A DNA stretch of 63,331 nt, counting the filler, from Bacteroidales bacterium (lineage in GTDB: Bacteria; Bacteroidota; Bacteroidia; Bacteroidales; CAIWKO01), in assembly GCA_035389045.1 (NCBI GenBank). It is 5 parts of 5 records of this genome, joined end to end, with 100 filler letters (N's around TTAATTAATTAA, not from the genome) between each part and the next. Parts side by side here need not be neighbours in the genome. Positions count along the whole stretch, not along the records: positions 27,571 to 41,028 come from DAOORA010000094.1; positions 41,129 to 53,933 come from DAOORA010000095.1; 3 more parts are not named here. The stretch is one strand, 5' to 3'. The notes under the pieces were generated by a model. It was not told the DNA's origin and searched no databases. It worked only from the letters and a program-made list of their open reading frames with translations. A program made the translations under genes and the position numbers. This document shows, in pieces, positions 38,782 through 49,383 of this stretch. Numbering within the stretch: position 1 is the stretch's first letter; every line of letters starts with the position of its first letter.

Positions 38782-38930
38782 GGGCTCCTCCAAAAACTTC
38801 AAATTTCTTCGTTCGTCTTCGTTCTTCAAATCCTTGCGTCCGGCAGACTTAGCGCAGGCGTGTACGCTCAAAACACTGCGGGCTTTCAGAACTTCGCCTG
38901 CCTCGAACTTATTTGTTTTTAGAAGCGCAC
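38782..38930. mobile_element. Degenerate MITE-like element
   Basis: Imperfect TIR GGGCTCCTCCAAAAAC / GTTTTTAGAAGCGCAC (12/16); internal blocks related to the 7637 element. Confidence 0.55.
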
Positions 38931-39229
38931 GATCAGGGTTATTAAAAATGTCCTTCATTTACTATTTTATTTTCCTGTTTCAGGGAATAATATCAACCTG
39001 CGGTATAAAACTATTTGACCGGAAATAAATTTTCTTGTTTTGTTCATTGGTTTTGCTTTCGATGGACTATATTTGTTTTAAAAAAACTCGTAATGGATTT
39101 TCAGACATTTTCTGAAATCGGCGTCTCGTTATTTCAGGGATATATTAAAGAGGCTAAAAAATCGTTACTATTGTTTGAAGAACCTCAGATAACTACCCTG
39201 TAATTCAACGAAGGAAGAAATAATACATA

Positions 39230-40750
39230 ATGAATATATATATAAAAAAACGAAGATGGAAGATCCTGCTTTTTATCACCCTGATGGTCATTTTCTTTTT
39301 ATCATTATGGTATATTGAGCGGGTTGCCAATCAGATCGAAACCGACCAGCGCAATAAAATAAAGTTATGGGTGGACGCCATCACAAAAAAAGCCAGTCTG
39401 GTCAATGCCACCGACACTTTTTTTACACTGCTGCAGGATGAAGAACGCAAAAAGGTTGAATTATGGGCCAATGCCAATGTGCGCTTAATCAATGCTGCCT
39501 ATTATGAGGACCTTACTTTTTATCTGGACATTATCAAGGGAAACAACACCATACCGGTTATTCTGACCGACGAGAATCATAATATTACACTCGCAAAAAA
39601 TGTTGATTTCGATATAAATACCGTAAAAATTTTGTCCGGTAAAATAAAAGAGGATTTCTCTGTTTATCCACCTATCGAAATTAATTATATCGGTAATAAA
39701 AAAATTCTTCTGCACTACAAAGATTCCAGGATTTTTACGGGTTTGAGAGAGGTGCTCGATAAACAGGTAAAGGCATTTCTTTCCGAAATTGTCACCAATG
39801 CGCCTTCTGTGCCTGTTATTGTTACCGATGCCAGCCGGCAACAGGTTATTGCGTACGGAAATATTGACACATTAAAGTTGAAAAATCAGGAATATATCAC
39901 GCAAACCATACAGTCGATGGAAGCGGAAAATAATACTATTAATGTTAACCTGCCGGGAAAAGACGATTGTATTGTATTCTACCGGGATTCACCTCTTCTT
40001 ATTCAACTTAAATATTTTCCGTATGTTCAGTTTATCATCATTGGCATTTTTATTTTTATTGCTTATCTGCTTTTCAGTACTTCCCGAAGATCTGAACAAA
40101 ACAAGGTATGGCTGGGGTTGGCAAAAGAAACAGCACACCAGCTGGGAACACCGCTGTCCTCACTTATTGCATGGGTTGAACTTCTCCGTCTGAAAGGCAT
40201 TGACGAAGACACCCTGTCGGAAGTTTCCAAAGACATCATGCGCCTGGAAACTATCACGGAACGGTTTTCAAAAATAGGCTCTGAACCCAAACTGGAAAAA
40301 CAGGATATTGTGGAGATTGTCAGTAATTCCATTGATTATCTGAAAAAGCGCACATCCAGAAAAATAAACTATATTTTCGCCTCATCTTCTCCGAACATTA
40401 GTGTTCCCCTCAATAAGCATCTTTTTGAATGGGTGATCGAGAATCTCTGCAAAAATGCCATAGACGCAATGTCTGGTGCCGGTAGTATTGAAATTACCAT
40501 TTTTGAAGATGACAGGCATGTTTATGTTGATATTGTTGACACCGGAAAAGGAATACACAAATCGAAGTTTAAAACCATTTTCAATCCGGGATATACCAGC
40601 AAAAAATCGGGGTGGGGATTGGGATTATCCTTATCTGAAAGAATTATTGAGAATTACCATTCAGGAAAGATATTTGTAAAATCATCAACAATTGGAAAAG
40701 GTACCCAGTTCAGGATTCATCTCAATAAAACAGGGAACCAGAAGCAATAA
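39230..40750 (+). CDS. Sensor histidine kinase (no adjacent regulator)
   Basis: AKETAHQLGTP H-box, ENLCKNAIDA, GWGLGL. Confidence 0.9.
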   Translation: MNIYIKKRRWKILLFITLMVIFFLSLWYIERVANQIETDQRNKIKLWVDAITKKASLVNATDTFFTLLQDEERKKVELWANANVRLINAAYYEDLTFYLDIIKGNNTIPVILTDENHNITLAKNVDFDINTVKILSGKIKEDFSVYPPIEINYIGNKKILLHYKDSRIFTGLREVLDKQVKAFLSEIVTNAPSVPVIVTDASRQQVIAYGNIDTLKLKNQEYITQTIQSMEAENNTINVNLPGKDDCIVFYRDSPLLIQLKYFPYVQFIIIGIFIFIAYLLFSTSRRSEQNKVWLGLAKETAHQLGTPLSSLIAWVELLRLKGIDEDTLSEVSKDIMRLETITERFSKIGSEPKLEKQDIVEIVSNSIDYLKKRTSRKINYIFASSSPNISVPLNKHLFEWVIENLCKNAIDAMSGAGSIEITIFEDDRHVYVDIVDTGKGIHKSKFKTIFNPGYTSKKSGWGLGLSLSERIIENYHSGKIFVKSSTIGKGTQFRIHLNKTGNQKQ

Positions 40751-40975
40751 TCAGGAGTGGTATTTTTTTGTCCGGCATTATGAACCATTGTAAATATTCT
40801 TTTCATTTCTCTGTCATTGTCTGCCGGTCAGTGAGCTACATTGTTTAATCGGGTTTTATGATTTTTCTGGCGAAGATTTGTAAACAACAGTTAAACTTAG
40901 ATTTTTCATGTATCAGACACGTTATGGAAAAATTAATACTTGCTGCTGGTTTTTCCTTCGACCGTTGAAATATAA

Positions 40976-41028
40976 TAAGAAATTGTTTTGATTTTATCTT
41001 TTCATATCTTTATGCGTCTTTTTTGCTG
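40976..41028 (+). mobile_element. End A of the multicopy TIR element, at a contig break
   Basis: Identical to 13638-13689. Confidence 0.75.
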
Positions 41029-41128
41029 NNNNNNNNNNNNNNNNNNNNNNNNNNNNNNNNNNNNNNNNNNNNTTAATTAATTAANNNNNNNNNNNNNNNN
41101 NNNNNNNNNNNNNNNNNNNNNNNNNNNN
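41029..41128. other. Artificial contig linker
   Basis: N44-TTAATTAATTAA-N44. Confidence 0.99.
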
Positions 41129-41235
41129 AACGAAAATAAGAAATACCCGGCTGAAACATTACATAATTTCAAAAATGAATTCTGCCGTCATCTTTCAAAA
41201 TATTGCGTAAATTCGCAAAATCAATATCCATTGGC

Positions 41236-41979
41236 TTGAAAAAGAGTTTTTTTGTAATCGGTCAGTACATACTGTTGATGAAAAAAGTGTTTACACGACA
41301 CGAAAAGGGGAGTGTTTTTCGTAAGCAGGTATTGGATGAAATCAATAATCTCGGCATTGACTCCCTGGGTATTGTGGCAATTATTTCGGTATTTATGGGC
41401 GCTGTTGTGGCCATTCAGACGGCACACAACATCACAAGTGCCTGGGTGCCGGGTTATACGGTGGGATTTACCACCAGGGAATCCATAATTCTGGAATTTT
41501 CCAATACGATCATATGTCTTATATTAGCCGGAAAAGTAGGCTCAAGGATCGCGTCTGAGATCGGCACCATGCGTGTTACTGAGCAAATTGATGCGCTCGA
41601 AATAATGGGCGTCAACTCGGCAAATTATCTTATCTTACCCAAAATTGTAGCAGCAGCGCTGATATTTCCCATACTTGTATGTATCAGCATGTTTCTCGGG
41701 ATACTGGGGGGGTGGTTTGCTGCGGCATGGCTCAATGTGGTGACGGTGACCAATTATTATGAGGGGATCACCCTCGATTTTATCCCGTTTGAAATATTTT
41801 ATTCTTTAGTTAAAACAGTGGTATTTTCATTTATTATTACATCCGTGTCGGGTTATTATGGGTATTTTACCCATGGCGGGGCGCTGGAAGTCGGGCAGGC
41901 AAGCACCAAAGCTGTTGTAATAAGCAGCATCCTCATTATACTCTTTAATCTTATTTTAACACAATTGATGCTGCAATGA
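41236..41979 (+). CDS. mlaE: MlaE-family ABC permease
   Basis: ASEIGTMRVTEQIDALEIMG, GGALEVGQASTKAVV; likely TTG start at 41236 (ORF open from 41203). Confidence 0.9.
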   Translation: MKKSFFVIGQYILLMKKVFTRHEKGSVFRKQVLDEINNLGIDSLGIVAIISVFMGAVVAIQTAHNITSAWVPGYTVGFTTRESIILEFSNTIICLILAGKVGSRIASEIGTMRVTEQIDALEIMGVNSANYLILPKIVAAALIFPILVCISMFLGILGGWFAAAWLNVVTVTNYYEGITLDFIPFEIFYSLVKTVVFSFIITSVSGYYGYFTHGGALEVGQASTKAVVISSILIILFNLILTQLMLQ

Positions 41980-42722
41980 TCGAAACACGTCACGTATCGA
42001 AAGGTTTTAACGAACATATGATCATTAATGACATTAATGTGACTTTTGATCGTGGAAAAACAAATTTGATAATAGGCCCCAGCGGCTCGGGAAAAACAGT
42101 ACTGATGAAATGTATCGTCGGATTGCTGGATATTGACGATGGACAGATATTATTTGATAATCGTCTGTTCACAGGAATGTCTTTCAATGAGAAAAAAAAT
42201 ATCAGGCAGGAGATCGGGATGATGTTTCAGGGTGGCGCTTTATTTGATTCAATGAGTGTAGAAGAAAATGTCATGTTTCCCCTGACATTGTTCACCAATA
42301 AAGTTCTCGAAGAAAAACTCGACCGGGTCAATTTCTGTTTGAAACGTGTCAATCTCGAAAATGTCAACAAATTGTTTCCGGCCGAGTTAAGTGGTGGTAT
42401 GAAAAAACGCGTTGCAATTGCCCGCGCCATCGCCATGAATCCGAGTTACCTGTTTTGCGATGAGCCAAATTCAGGCCTCGACCCCAAAACCTCCATTCTG
42501 ATCGATAACCTAATCAGCGAGATCACACAGGAATACCAGATGACCACGGTCATAAATACTCATGACATGAATTCTGTGATAGAGATAGGGGATAAAATTG
42601 CTTTTATATACAACGGCAAACTCTGGTGGGTAGGCGACAAACACGAAATCCTGGATACCAATAATGTCGAACTGAATAATTTTGTCTATGCCACCGAACT
42701 GACACGCAGGCTGAAAAAATAA
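41976..42722 (+). CDS. mlaF: MlaF-family ABC ATPase
   Basis: GPSGSGKT, ELSGGMKKRVAIARA, DEPNSGLDP. Confidence 0.9.
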   Translation: MIETRHVSKGFNEHMIINDINVTFDRGKTNLIIGPSGSGKTVLMKCIVGLLDIDDGQILFDNRLFTGMSFNEKKNIRQEIGMMFQGGALFDSMSVEENVMFPLTLFTNKVLEEKLDRVNFCLKRVNLENVNKLFPAELSGGMKKRVAIARAIAMNPSYLFCDEPNSGLDPKTSILIDNLISEITQEYQMTTVINTHDMNSVIEIGDKIAFIYNGKLWWVGDKHEILDTNNVELNNFVYATELTRRLKK

Positions 42723-42723
42723 T

Positions 42724-43263
42724 ATGAATTATCTCGACTTAATAATCATTATCCCACTGGGGATTGCTGTTTTCAGAGGACTGCGAAAGGGATTGATCAT
42801 CGAATTAGCCCTGCTGGTTGCTCTCTTTCTTGGAGCCCTTGCTGGAATTTATTGCTCTGATTTTGTCGCAGAAATGCTGGTGCAGAATTTCGGTATAAAT
42901 GAAGTGTACACCAAAGCCGTTGCATTTGCCCTTATCTTTATTGGTATTATGATTGTGGTCAGACTTTTGGCTAAAGCATTGGAAAAAGTAGTTGACCTGG
43001 CTGCATTGACTTTTGTTAATAAAATGCTTGGAGCTTTGTTTTCTGCTTTGAAAATAGCGTTCTTGTTGAGTATTGTTTTCTTCATCTTTAACAGGTTTGA
43101 TCCGAACGTGAAGGTGATTACCCGGCAAGCTCAGGAAAAATCGTTACTTTATAAGCCTGTAAGCGCCATTGCACCATTGTGTATTCCCAGAATAAAATCC
43201 GAAATAAAAAAATGGCAGGCTAAGGATGACGTTAACCTGAATCACAATCAACAGGAAAAATAA
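42724..43263 (+). CDS. cvpA: CvpA-family membrane protein
   Basis: MNYLDLII...RGLRKGLIIE, NKMLGALF, SLLY. Confidence 0.85.
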   Translation: MNYLDLIIIIPLGIAVFRGLRKGLIIELALLVALFLGALAGIYCSDFVAEMLVQNFGINEVYTKAVAFALIFIGIMIVVRLLAKALEKVVDLAALTFVNKMLGALFSALKIAFLLSIVFFIFNRFDPNVKVITRQAQEKSLLYKPVSAIAPLCIPRIKSEIKKWQAKDDVNLNHNQQEK

Positions 43264-43364
43264 CTACAGGTAATACTGATTAATGCCGGCAGCTGTTGAT
43301 CATGATCATTATTGTACGAGACGCCCTAAAAGATTTGTGTTGTTTATCAATTGTATTAGCGGAA

Positions 43365-44579
43365 TTAATCTTCTAATATCGCTTTTACTCCAGGTAATTC
43401 CCGTCCTTCAATATATTCCAGCATAGCACCGCCGCCTGTGGAGACATAACTGATCTGGTCGGCAAGATTGTATTGGTTGATGGCTGCAACAGAATCACCG
43501 CCGCCGATAAGTGAAAATGAACCTTTGATGGTAGCGCTGGCAACGGCAATAGCGATAGACTTGGTGCCCTGCTTAAAATGCGGAAGTTCAAAAACACCCA
43601 TGGGGCCGTTCCACATGATGGTTTCTGAATCATTAATGATTTCGGCAAAACGACGGCAGGTTTTTTTTCCTATATCAAGCCCCATCCAGTTTTTGGGTAT
43701 GGCATCTGCCTGGCTTTCCATATAGTTTGCCTCGTCGTAAAAACCATCTGCTATGATAGCATCGGTGGGAATATAAAGATTAACGCCTTTCAGCATCATT
43801 TCCTGCACCATGCTTTTAACCTCGGGAATCTTATCATCTTCTACAAGCGACCCGCCAACGTTGCCACCAAATGCTTTAATAAAAGTAAAAGCCATGCCCC
43901 CGCCTATGATTAAGTTGTCCACTTTATTCATAAGATTTTTTATTATGGATATTTTTGAGGAAACCTTGGCACCCCCGATAATGGCTGTAAACGGTGCTTT
44001 TGCTTCGTGGAGAATAAAGTTAAGATTTTTCAGTTCGCTGGCCAGCAACAACCCGAAATACTTATTCTTGGGAAAAAATTCTGCAATCGTAGCTGTAGAG
44101 GCATGTTTGCGATGGGCTGTGGCAAAAGCATCGTTGATATAGATATCACCTAAGGAGGCCAGCTCTTTGGCGAATTTCTTATCACCTTTTTCTTCTTCGG
44201 GATAAAACCTGAGGTTTTCAAGGAGAACGACATCGCCGGGTTTAAGAGCCCCGCATACCTCAAAAGTCTTGGGCCCGAAAAGATCGCGCGTAAAAATGAT
44301 ATTCCTGTTTAATAATTTTGATAAACGCGGCACTATAGGAGTCAGTGAATAATCCTGTTCATATCCCCCCTTGGGACGCCCCAGGTGAGACATGAGTATT
44401 ACGGTGCCACCATCATTCAGTACTTTCTGAATGGTGGGTATGGATTCTCTGATTCGTGTGTCATCGGTTATCTGGCGGTTCTGATCTAATGGTACATTGA
44501 AATCAACACGGATCAGCACTTTTTTATTTTTGAAATTAACATTATCGATGGTTTTTAGTTTATCAAGTTGTTTTACCAT
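43365..44579 (-). CDS. pgk: Phosphoglycerate kinase
   Basis: RVDFNVP, SHLGRP, LENLRF, GGGDS, STGGGA; start moved to 44579. Confidence 0.97.
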   Translation of the reverse strand: MVKQLDKLKTIDNVNFKNKKVLIRVDFNVPLDQNRQITDDTRIRESIPTIQKVLNDGGTVILMSHLGRPKGGYEQDYSLTPIVPRLSKLLNRNIIFTRDLFGPKTFEVCGALKPGDVVLLENLRFYPEEEKGDKKFAKELASLGDIYINDAFATAHRKHASTATIAEFFPKNKYFGLLLASELKNLNFILHEAKAPFTAIIGGAKVSSKISIIKNLMNKVDNLIIGGGMAFTFIKAFGGNVGGSLVEDDKIPEVKSMVQEMMLKGVNLYIPTDAIIADGFYDEANYMESQADAIPKNWMGLDIGKKTCRRFAEIINDSETIMWNGPMGVFELPHFKQGTKSIAIAVASATIKGSFSLIGGGDSVAAINQYNLADQISYVSTGGGAMLEYIEGRELPGVKAILED

Positions 44580-44857
44580 AACATTGTTTTTTAAAATTTC
44601 AGTAAAAATAACAATCACAGCGTAAAAACCAAAGAATTTTATGATATTTTATTTAAACGTCCTTGAGTTTTTGTGATTATTTGATTTCCAATGGATATTA
44701 TTGAAACTACAATCTTATATGTAAAAACTTGTAATAATTTATAAATACATTTAAGAAAAGAGAATAATATCAGTGCCGGCGTTTTAGATATTGACAGTTA
44801 TCAAATTGATGGATTATGAAAAAACTTTATATTTGTATTAATCTTTTAATTTTATCC

Positions 44858-46015
44858 ATGCCGATTTTCCAAAATAATGTTATTTCGAAGCTCCCGCGCA
44901 TGGGAGATAGCATTTTTGCTGTTATGTCGCAGATGGCTGACGAATATGAAGCCATAAATCTGTCACAGGGTTTTCCAGATTTCGATATTTCTCCGGAGCT
45001 GATCGGACTGGTGCACAAATATATGAATGAAGGAAAAAATCAATATGCACCTATGCAGGGCGTGCCTGAACTAAGGCAGGCGATTGCTGATAAGTTTTTT
45101 GAGGCTCACAATGTCAGATATAGCCCGGTGACTGAAATTAATATCACAGCCGGCGCCACACAGGCTTTGTTTACTGCTATCACCGCCTTTGTCAGGGAAG
45201 GCGATGAGGTCGTCATTTTTGAACCCGCCTATGATATATATGACCCGGCTGTTAAACTTAACGGAGGCATTTTAAAATACGCCGCATTGAAACATCCTGA
45301 TTATACTGTTAATTGGGATGATGTAAAAAAACTGATCTCTCATAAAACAAGGATGATCATCATCAACTCTCCGCACAACCCTACGGGAAGTGTTCTAAAA
45401 AAAGAAGACCTTGAAGCGCTGGCAAAAATTACAAACAACACCGATATTATCATTTTGAGCGATGAGGTTTACGAGCATCTCATTTATGACAATATTCAGC
45501 ACGAAAGTGTTTGCTGTATCCCGGAATTGCTTGAACGCAGCTTAGTGGTCGGATCGTTCGGAAAAACTTTTCATGCAACAGGATGGAAAATGGGCTATTG
45601 TCTGGCGCCGGAGAACCTGATGACAGAGTTCAGGAAAGCGCACCAGTTTGTGGTTTTTGCGTGTAATACGCCTGTACAATATGCCATAGCTGAGTTCTTG
45701 TCCGATAAGGAAAACTATGTTCATCTGAATGAATTTTATCAAAGAAAAAGAGACTACTTCGTTCAACTGATTTCAAAATCACGTTTTAAAATCCTTCCTT
45801 CATCCGGAACATATTTTCAGTTACTCGATTACAGCGATTTTTCAGATGAGAAAGAATTGGATTTTGCAATACGCCTGACAAAGGAATACAAATTGGCCTC
45901 TATACCGGTTTCCGTATTCTATCATCGGCCTGTAAACAATAAAGTACTCCGGTTTTGTTTTGCCAAAAAAGAAGAAACCCTGGAAAAAGCTGCTGAAATA
46001 TTATGCAAGATTTAA
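44858..46015 (+). CDS. ybdL: Methionine aminotransferase (PLP class I/II)
   Basis: INLSQGFPDF, SPHNPTG, SDEVYEH, SFGKTFHATGWK. Confidence 0.88.
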   Translation: MPIFQNNVISKLPRMGDSIFAVMSQMADEYEAINLSQGFPDFDISPELIGLVHKYMNEGKNQYAPMQGVPELRQAIADKFFEAHNVRYSPVTEINITAGATQALFTAITAFVREGDEVVIFEPAYDIYDPAVKLNGGILKYAALKHPDYTVNWDDVKKLISHKTRMIIINSPHNPTGSVLKKEDLEALAKITNNTDIIILSDEVYEHLIYDNIQHESVCCIPELLERSLVVGSFGKTFHATGWKMGYCLAPENLMTEFRKAHQFVVFACNTPVQYAIAEFLSDKENYVHLNEFYQRKRDYFVQLISKSRFKILPSSGTYFQLLDYSDFSDEKELDFAIRLTKEYKLASIPVSVFYHRPVNNKVLRFCFAKKEETLEKAAEILCKI

Positions 46016-46794
46016 GAATTACAATGGTTCAGAGCGATATAGCCTGGGAGCAAACCCTGAAGAACCTGGACAATTTTGGCAGAAAACTCGAACCGATGAA
46101 CAAGGCTCAGGATATTGTCGTACTTCCTGAAATGTTCGCTACCGGGTTTACCATGAATGTGAAGAAGTTTGCTGAAGATATGAATGGTACGGTGCCGGAA
46201 TGGATGAGAAAAATAGCCGCTACCCTGAATTGCGTAATTACAGGAAGTTTTATTTACAGGAATGATGATGTCTTTTATAACCGGCTGGTTTGGATGAGGC
46301 CGGATGGTTCGTATGAAACCTATGACAAAAAACATTTATTCCGCTTCGGGAACGAGCATAATTTTTTTACCGCCGGAACGGATAAAATAATTATTGAACT
46401 GAAAGGCTGGAATATTTGCCCGATGATATGCTACGATCTTCGGTTTCCTGCTTGGGCAAAAAACACTTACGCTAATGACCGCTTTCTGTATGATGTCTTG
46501 ATTTATATTGCCAACTGGCCAGAGGCCAGGAAACATCATTGGGAAATATTGCTGAAAGCCCGCGCAGTGGAAAATCTTTGCTATGTTGTTGGCGTAAACA
46601 GGGTAGGACGTGATGGGCGGGGAACCTCTCATTCTGGCAATTCTATGATCATTAGTCCCAAAGGGAAAATGATGGGCTCCTTTGAGGAAAACAACGAAGC
46701 CATAACAACCGTATTGCTGGATACAGACCAGCTTATTCAGTATCGCAAAAAATTCAATGTAGCCCTGGACTGGGATAACTTTTTACTTCAATAA
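46003..46794 (+). CDS. yafV: Omega-amidase (nitrilase family)
   Basis: LPEMF, YDKKHLF, ICYDLRFP (E-K-C triad); paired with ybdL. Confidence 0.88.
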   Translation: MQDLRITMVQSDIAWEQTLKNLDNFGRKLEPMNKAQDIVVLPEMFATGFTMNVKKFAEDMNGTVPEWMRKIAATLNCVITGSFIYRNDDVFYNRLVWMRPDGSYETYDKKHLFRFGNEHNFFTAGTDKIIIELKGWNICPMICYDLRFPAWAKNTYANDRFLYDVLIYIANWPEARKHHWEILLKARAVENLCYVVGVNRVGRDGRGTSHSGNSMIISPKGKMMGSFEENNEAITTVLLDTDQLIQYRKKFNVALDWDNFLLQ

Positions 46795-46795
46795 T

Positions 46796-47488
46796 ATGGA
46801 TAGTTTTGTTTACAAAGAATCTGCGGATAAAAATCTTATGGGTTTTATTGTTTTGGTTGTTCTCTTTTTTTTGATCATCACCGGAACGGTGGTTTTTGCT
46901 GCGAATAAATTGACTTTACTTTCCGCTTATGTTTACTTGATTGCCGTTACAGTATATTCTTTGTTTTTTTTTATTGTGATCAGGATTGTACGGAAAAAAA
47001 CGCTTACATCAAGTATATATGAGCTCACCCGTGAAGAAATTAGCCGGACAGATATCAAAACAGGCAAAAAAATAAAATTCAGATATGAAGATATCGACAG
47101 TGTGAAATTTAATACCACGGGGACTGAAAAATCTGAAAGGGAAATTATTATTATCCGGTTTAAAAACAGCAGGGTAAACCTCACCATCCGGAACGACCCC
47201 GATGATGTGAAAGCGATGCTCTGTTTTTCTCGTTTTAAAATGTTGCTTTTAGATTATATAAAAAGTTATAAACCGGATGCAGATAAACCGGTGAGACCCG
47301 CATCCGCATTCAACAACGTTTTTTTCTGGATATTGCTGGTACTTTTCTTTGTATTGGCCAATTCGGCGATGCTGTTTTTTATGTCAGGCCGGGGATTTAA
47401 AGCTTTTGGACTGATGCCGCTGTTTATTGGCCTTATTCCCGTATTTGTCATTGGAATTATGGGATTTATAAAAAACAAAAACAGATAA
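46796..47488 (+). CDS. Hypothetical membrane protein
   Basis: Four hydrophobic segments; abuts yafV. Confidence 0.7.
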   Translation: MDSFVYKESADKNLMGFIVLVVLFFLIITGTVVFAANKLTLLSAYVYLIAVTVYSLFFFIVIRIVRKKTLTSSIYELTREEISRTDIKTGKKIKFRYEDIDSVKFNTTGTEKSEREIIIIRFKNSRVNLTIRNDPDDVKAMLCFSRFKMLLLDYIKSYKPDADKPVRPASAFNNVFFWILLVLFFVLANSAMLFFMSGRGFKAFGLMPLFIGLIPVFVIGIMGFIKNKNR

Positions 47489-47492
47489 AAAC

Positions 47493-49349
47493 CTATACAT
47501 TTTTTTTGTCTAGAAAATCATTGAGAACAATAAGAAGCCAGAGCCTGGTATTTAAAAAATCCTGGCCTTTATTTAAGTAACGATCTTTTAATTCAGCAAT
47601 GGGCTTGTAATCCATTAAATTATACTGACGGATTTTTTCTTCAGAAAGATTATTATCAATAAGGTATTTTAAATCTTTCTTTAACCATTTATTCATTGGA
47701 ATGGAGAAACCCCATTTAGGCCGGTCAAACAAATGAGACGGAACATAGTCGTATAATACTTCTTTGAGCAAATATTTTTGAATAGTTCCGTTTATTTTTA
47801 ATCTTTCGGAAAGATGGCAGGCAAATTCCACAATTCGATAATCAAGGATGGGTACGCGGGTTTCAAGGGAATAGTTCATAGTAGCCCGGTCAACCTTTAC
47901 AAGAAGGTCATCTTTTAAATAATATTTCAGATCAAACAATGATTGTGCTTCGGCAGGTGACAAATTCAAAAAATCGAAATTTTCATCCAAAATAATTGCT
48001 CTCCTGAATTCGGGTTTCAGCAGTTTTGTGATTTCATTTGACCGGAACAGGTACTGTTCCTGTGAAAAAATATGGCTTTTGATTTTTTTATAATCCGGGT
48101 AATTAAACAAGTTCGCTGCCCGTTTATATTTGTTGCTAAACAATGATAACAAAGGATAGGCCTGCTGATGAAATGTTTTTAATAACGGATGGCTTAGCCG
48201 CCTGGCCCATTTATAAGCGCCGTAACCCATGAACAATTCATCACCGCCGTCACCCGAAAGTGTCATGGTAACATGTTGACGGGCCATCTTTGAAACAAGC
48301 ATGGTCGGTATAGCCGATGAATCGGCAAAGGGTTCATCATATAGCTCATTCAGCTGGGGGATCAGGGCTATGGCATCTTTTTCTGTTACGGTAAATTCAT
48401 GATGTTGGGTGCCGAGATGTTCGGCTACAGCTTTCGCATATTTACTTTCATTATACTTTGAATCTTCAAATCCGATAGAAAATGTTTTTACAGGCTCAGA
48501 ACTCAGGCTTTGGGCTATGGCCGTGACAAGACTGGAATCGATACCTCCGCTGAGAAAGGTACCGAAAGGGACATCACAGATCATGCGGTATCTGACAGAA
48601 CTCACCAACAGGTCTTTTAAGGTGGATTTTGCCTCTTGTTCATCGGTGATTTTTTGTTGACTGATTTTTGATTCCGGATTCCAGTACTTATGAAAAGTAA
48701 TTCCAGAGTCATTAATAGTTGCATAATGGCCGGCCGGAAATTTGTAAATGTTTTCGTAGATCGAATGTGGCTCGGGGATATAGCCAAGGTGCAGAAATTC
48801 ATTGACAGCGGTAAGGTTTAACTGTAAATTCTTTCGGATCGTTTCGTTTATTACCAGAGATTTAAGTTCGGAAGAAAAGGCAACGTTGTGTCCGCTCAGG
48901 TAATAATAAATGGGTTTTATCCCTATCCTGTCGCGAAAAAGGTACATTGTTTTATGGGTTCTGTCAAGTATGGAAATGGCAAACATCCCGTTGAGTTTTT
49001 CGACAAAATCTAAACCCCAGTGGGCAAAAGCTTCAAGCACAACCTCGGTATCCGAATTGGTTTTAAAAGGAATGGATTTCTCTGAAAGAAGCTCCCTTTT
49101 AAGCTCCAGATAATTGTAAATCTCCCCATTGAATACAATTACATAGTTTTTATCATGAGAAAACATCGGAAGGTTAGCAGCAGCTGAAAGGTCGATGATG
49201 CTGAGCCGCCTGTGTCCGAGACCTGTCATTCCATCATAATAATATCCTGAAGCATCAGGCCCGCGATGCACCATGGCATCAGTCATCCGGATCAGGTCGT
49301 CCTTTGAAAAAATGTTTGCAGTTGAATAAAAACCTGAGATGCCGCACAT
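47493..49349 (-). CDS. asnB: Glutamine-dependent amidotransferase, asparagine synthase B family
   Basis: MCGI, HRGPD, FNGEIYN, LSGGIDSS, SGDGGDE. Confidence 0.93.
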   Translation of the reverse strand: MCGISGFYSTANIFSKDDLIRMTDAMVHRGPDASGYYYDGMTGLGHRRLSIIDLSAAANLPMFSHDKNYVIVFNGEIYNYLELKRELLSEKSIPFKTNSDTEVVLEAFAHWGLDFVEKLNGMFAISILDRTHKTMYLFRDRIGIKPIYYYLSGHNVAFSSELKSLVINETIRKNLQLNLTAVNEFLHLGYIPEPHSIYENIYKFPAGHYATINDSGITFHKYWNPESKISQQKITDEQEAKSTLKDLLVSSVRYRMICDVPFGTFLSGGIDSSLVTAIAQSLSSEPVKTFSIGFEDSKYNESKYAKAVAEHLGTQHHEFTVTEKDAIALIPQLNELYDEPFADSSAIPTMLVSKMARQHVTMTLSGDGGDELFMGYGAYKWARRLSHPLLKTFHQQAYPLLSLFSNKYKRAANLFNYPDYKKIKSHIFSQEQYLFRSNEITKLLKPEFRRAIILDENFDFLNLSPAEAQSLFDLKYYLKDDLLVKVDRATMNYSLETRVPILDYRIVEFACHLSERLKINGTIQKYLLKEVLYDYVPSHLFDRPKWGFSIPMNKWLKKDLKYLIDNNLSEEKIRQYNLMDYKPIAELKDRYLNKGQDFLNTRLWLLIVLNDFLDKKNV

Positions 49350-49383
49350 AAAAAGTTTTTTAAGAATACACCTGTATTTATAT

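Noticed and set aside
38764..39028. Two opposite 64-aa ORFs
   Set aside because: They coincide with the MITE-like element and show no protein features.
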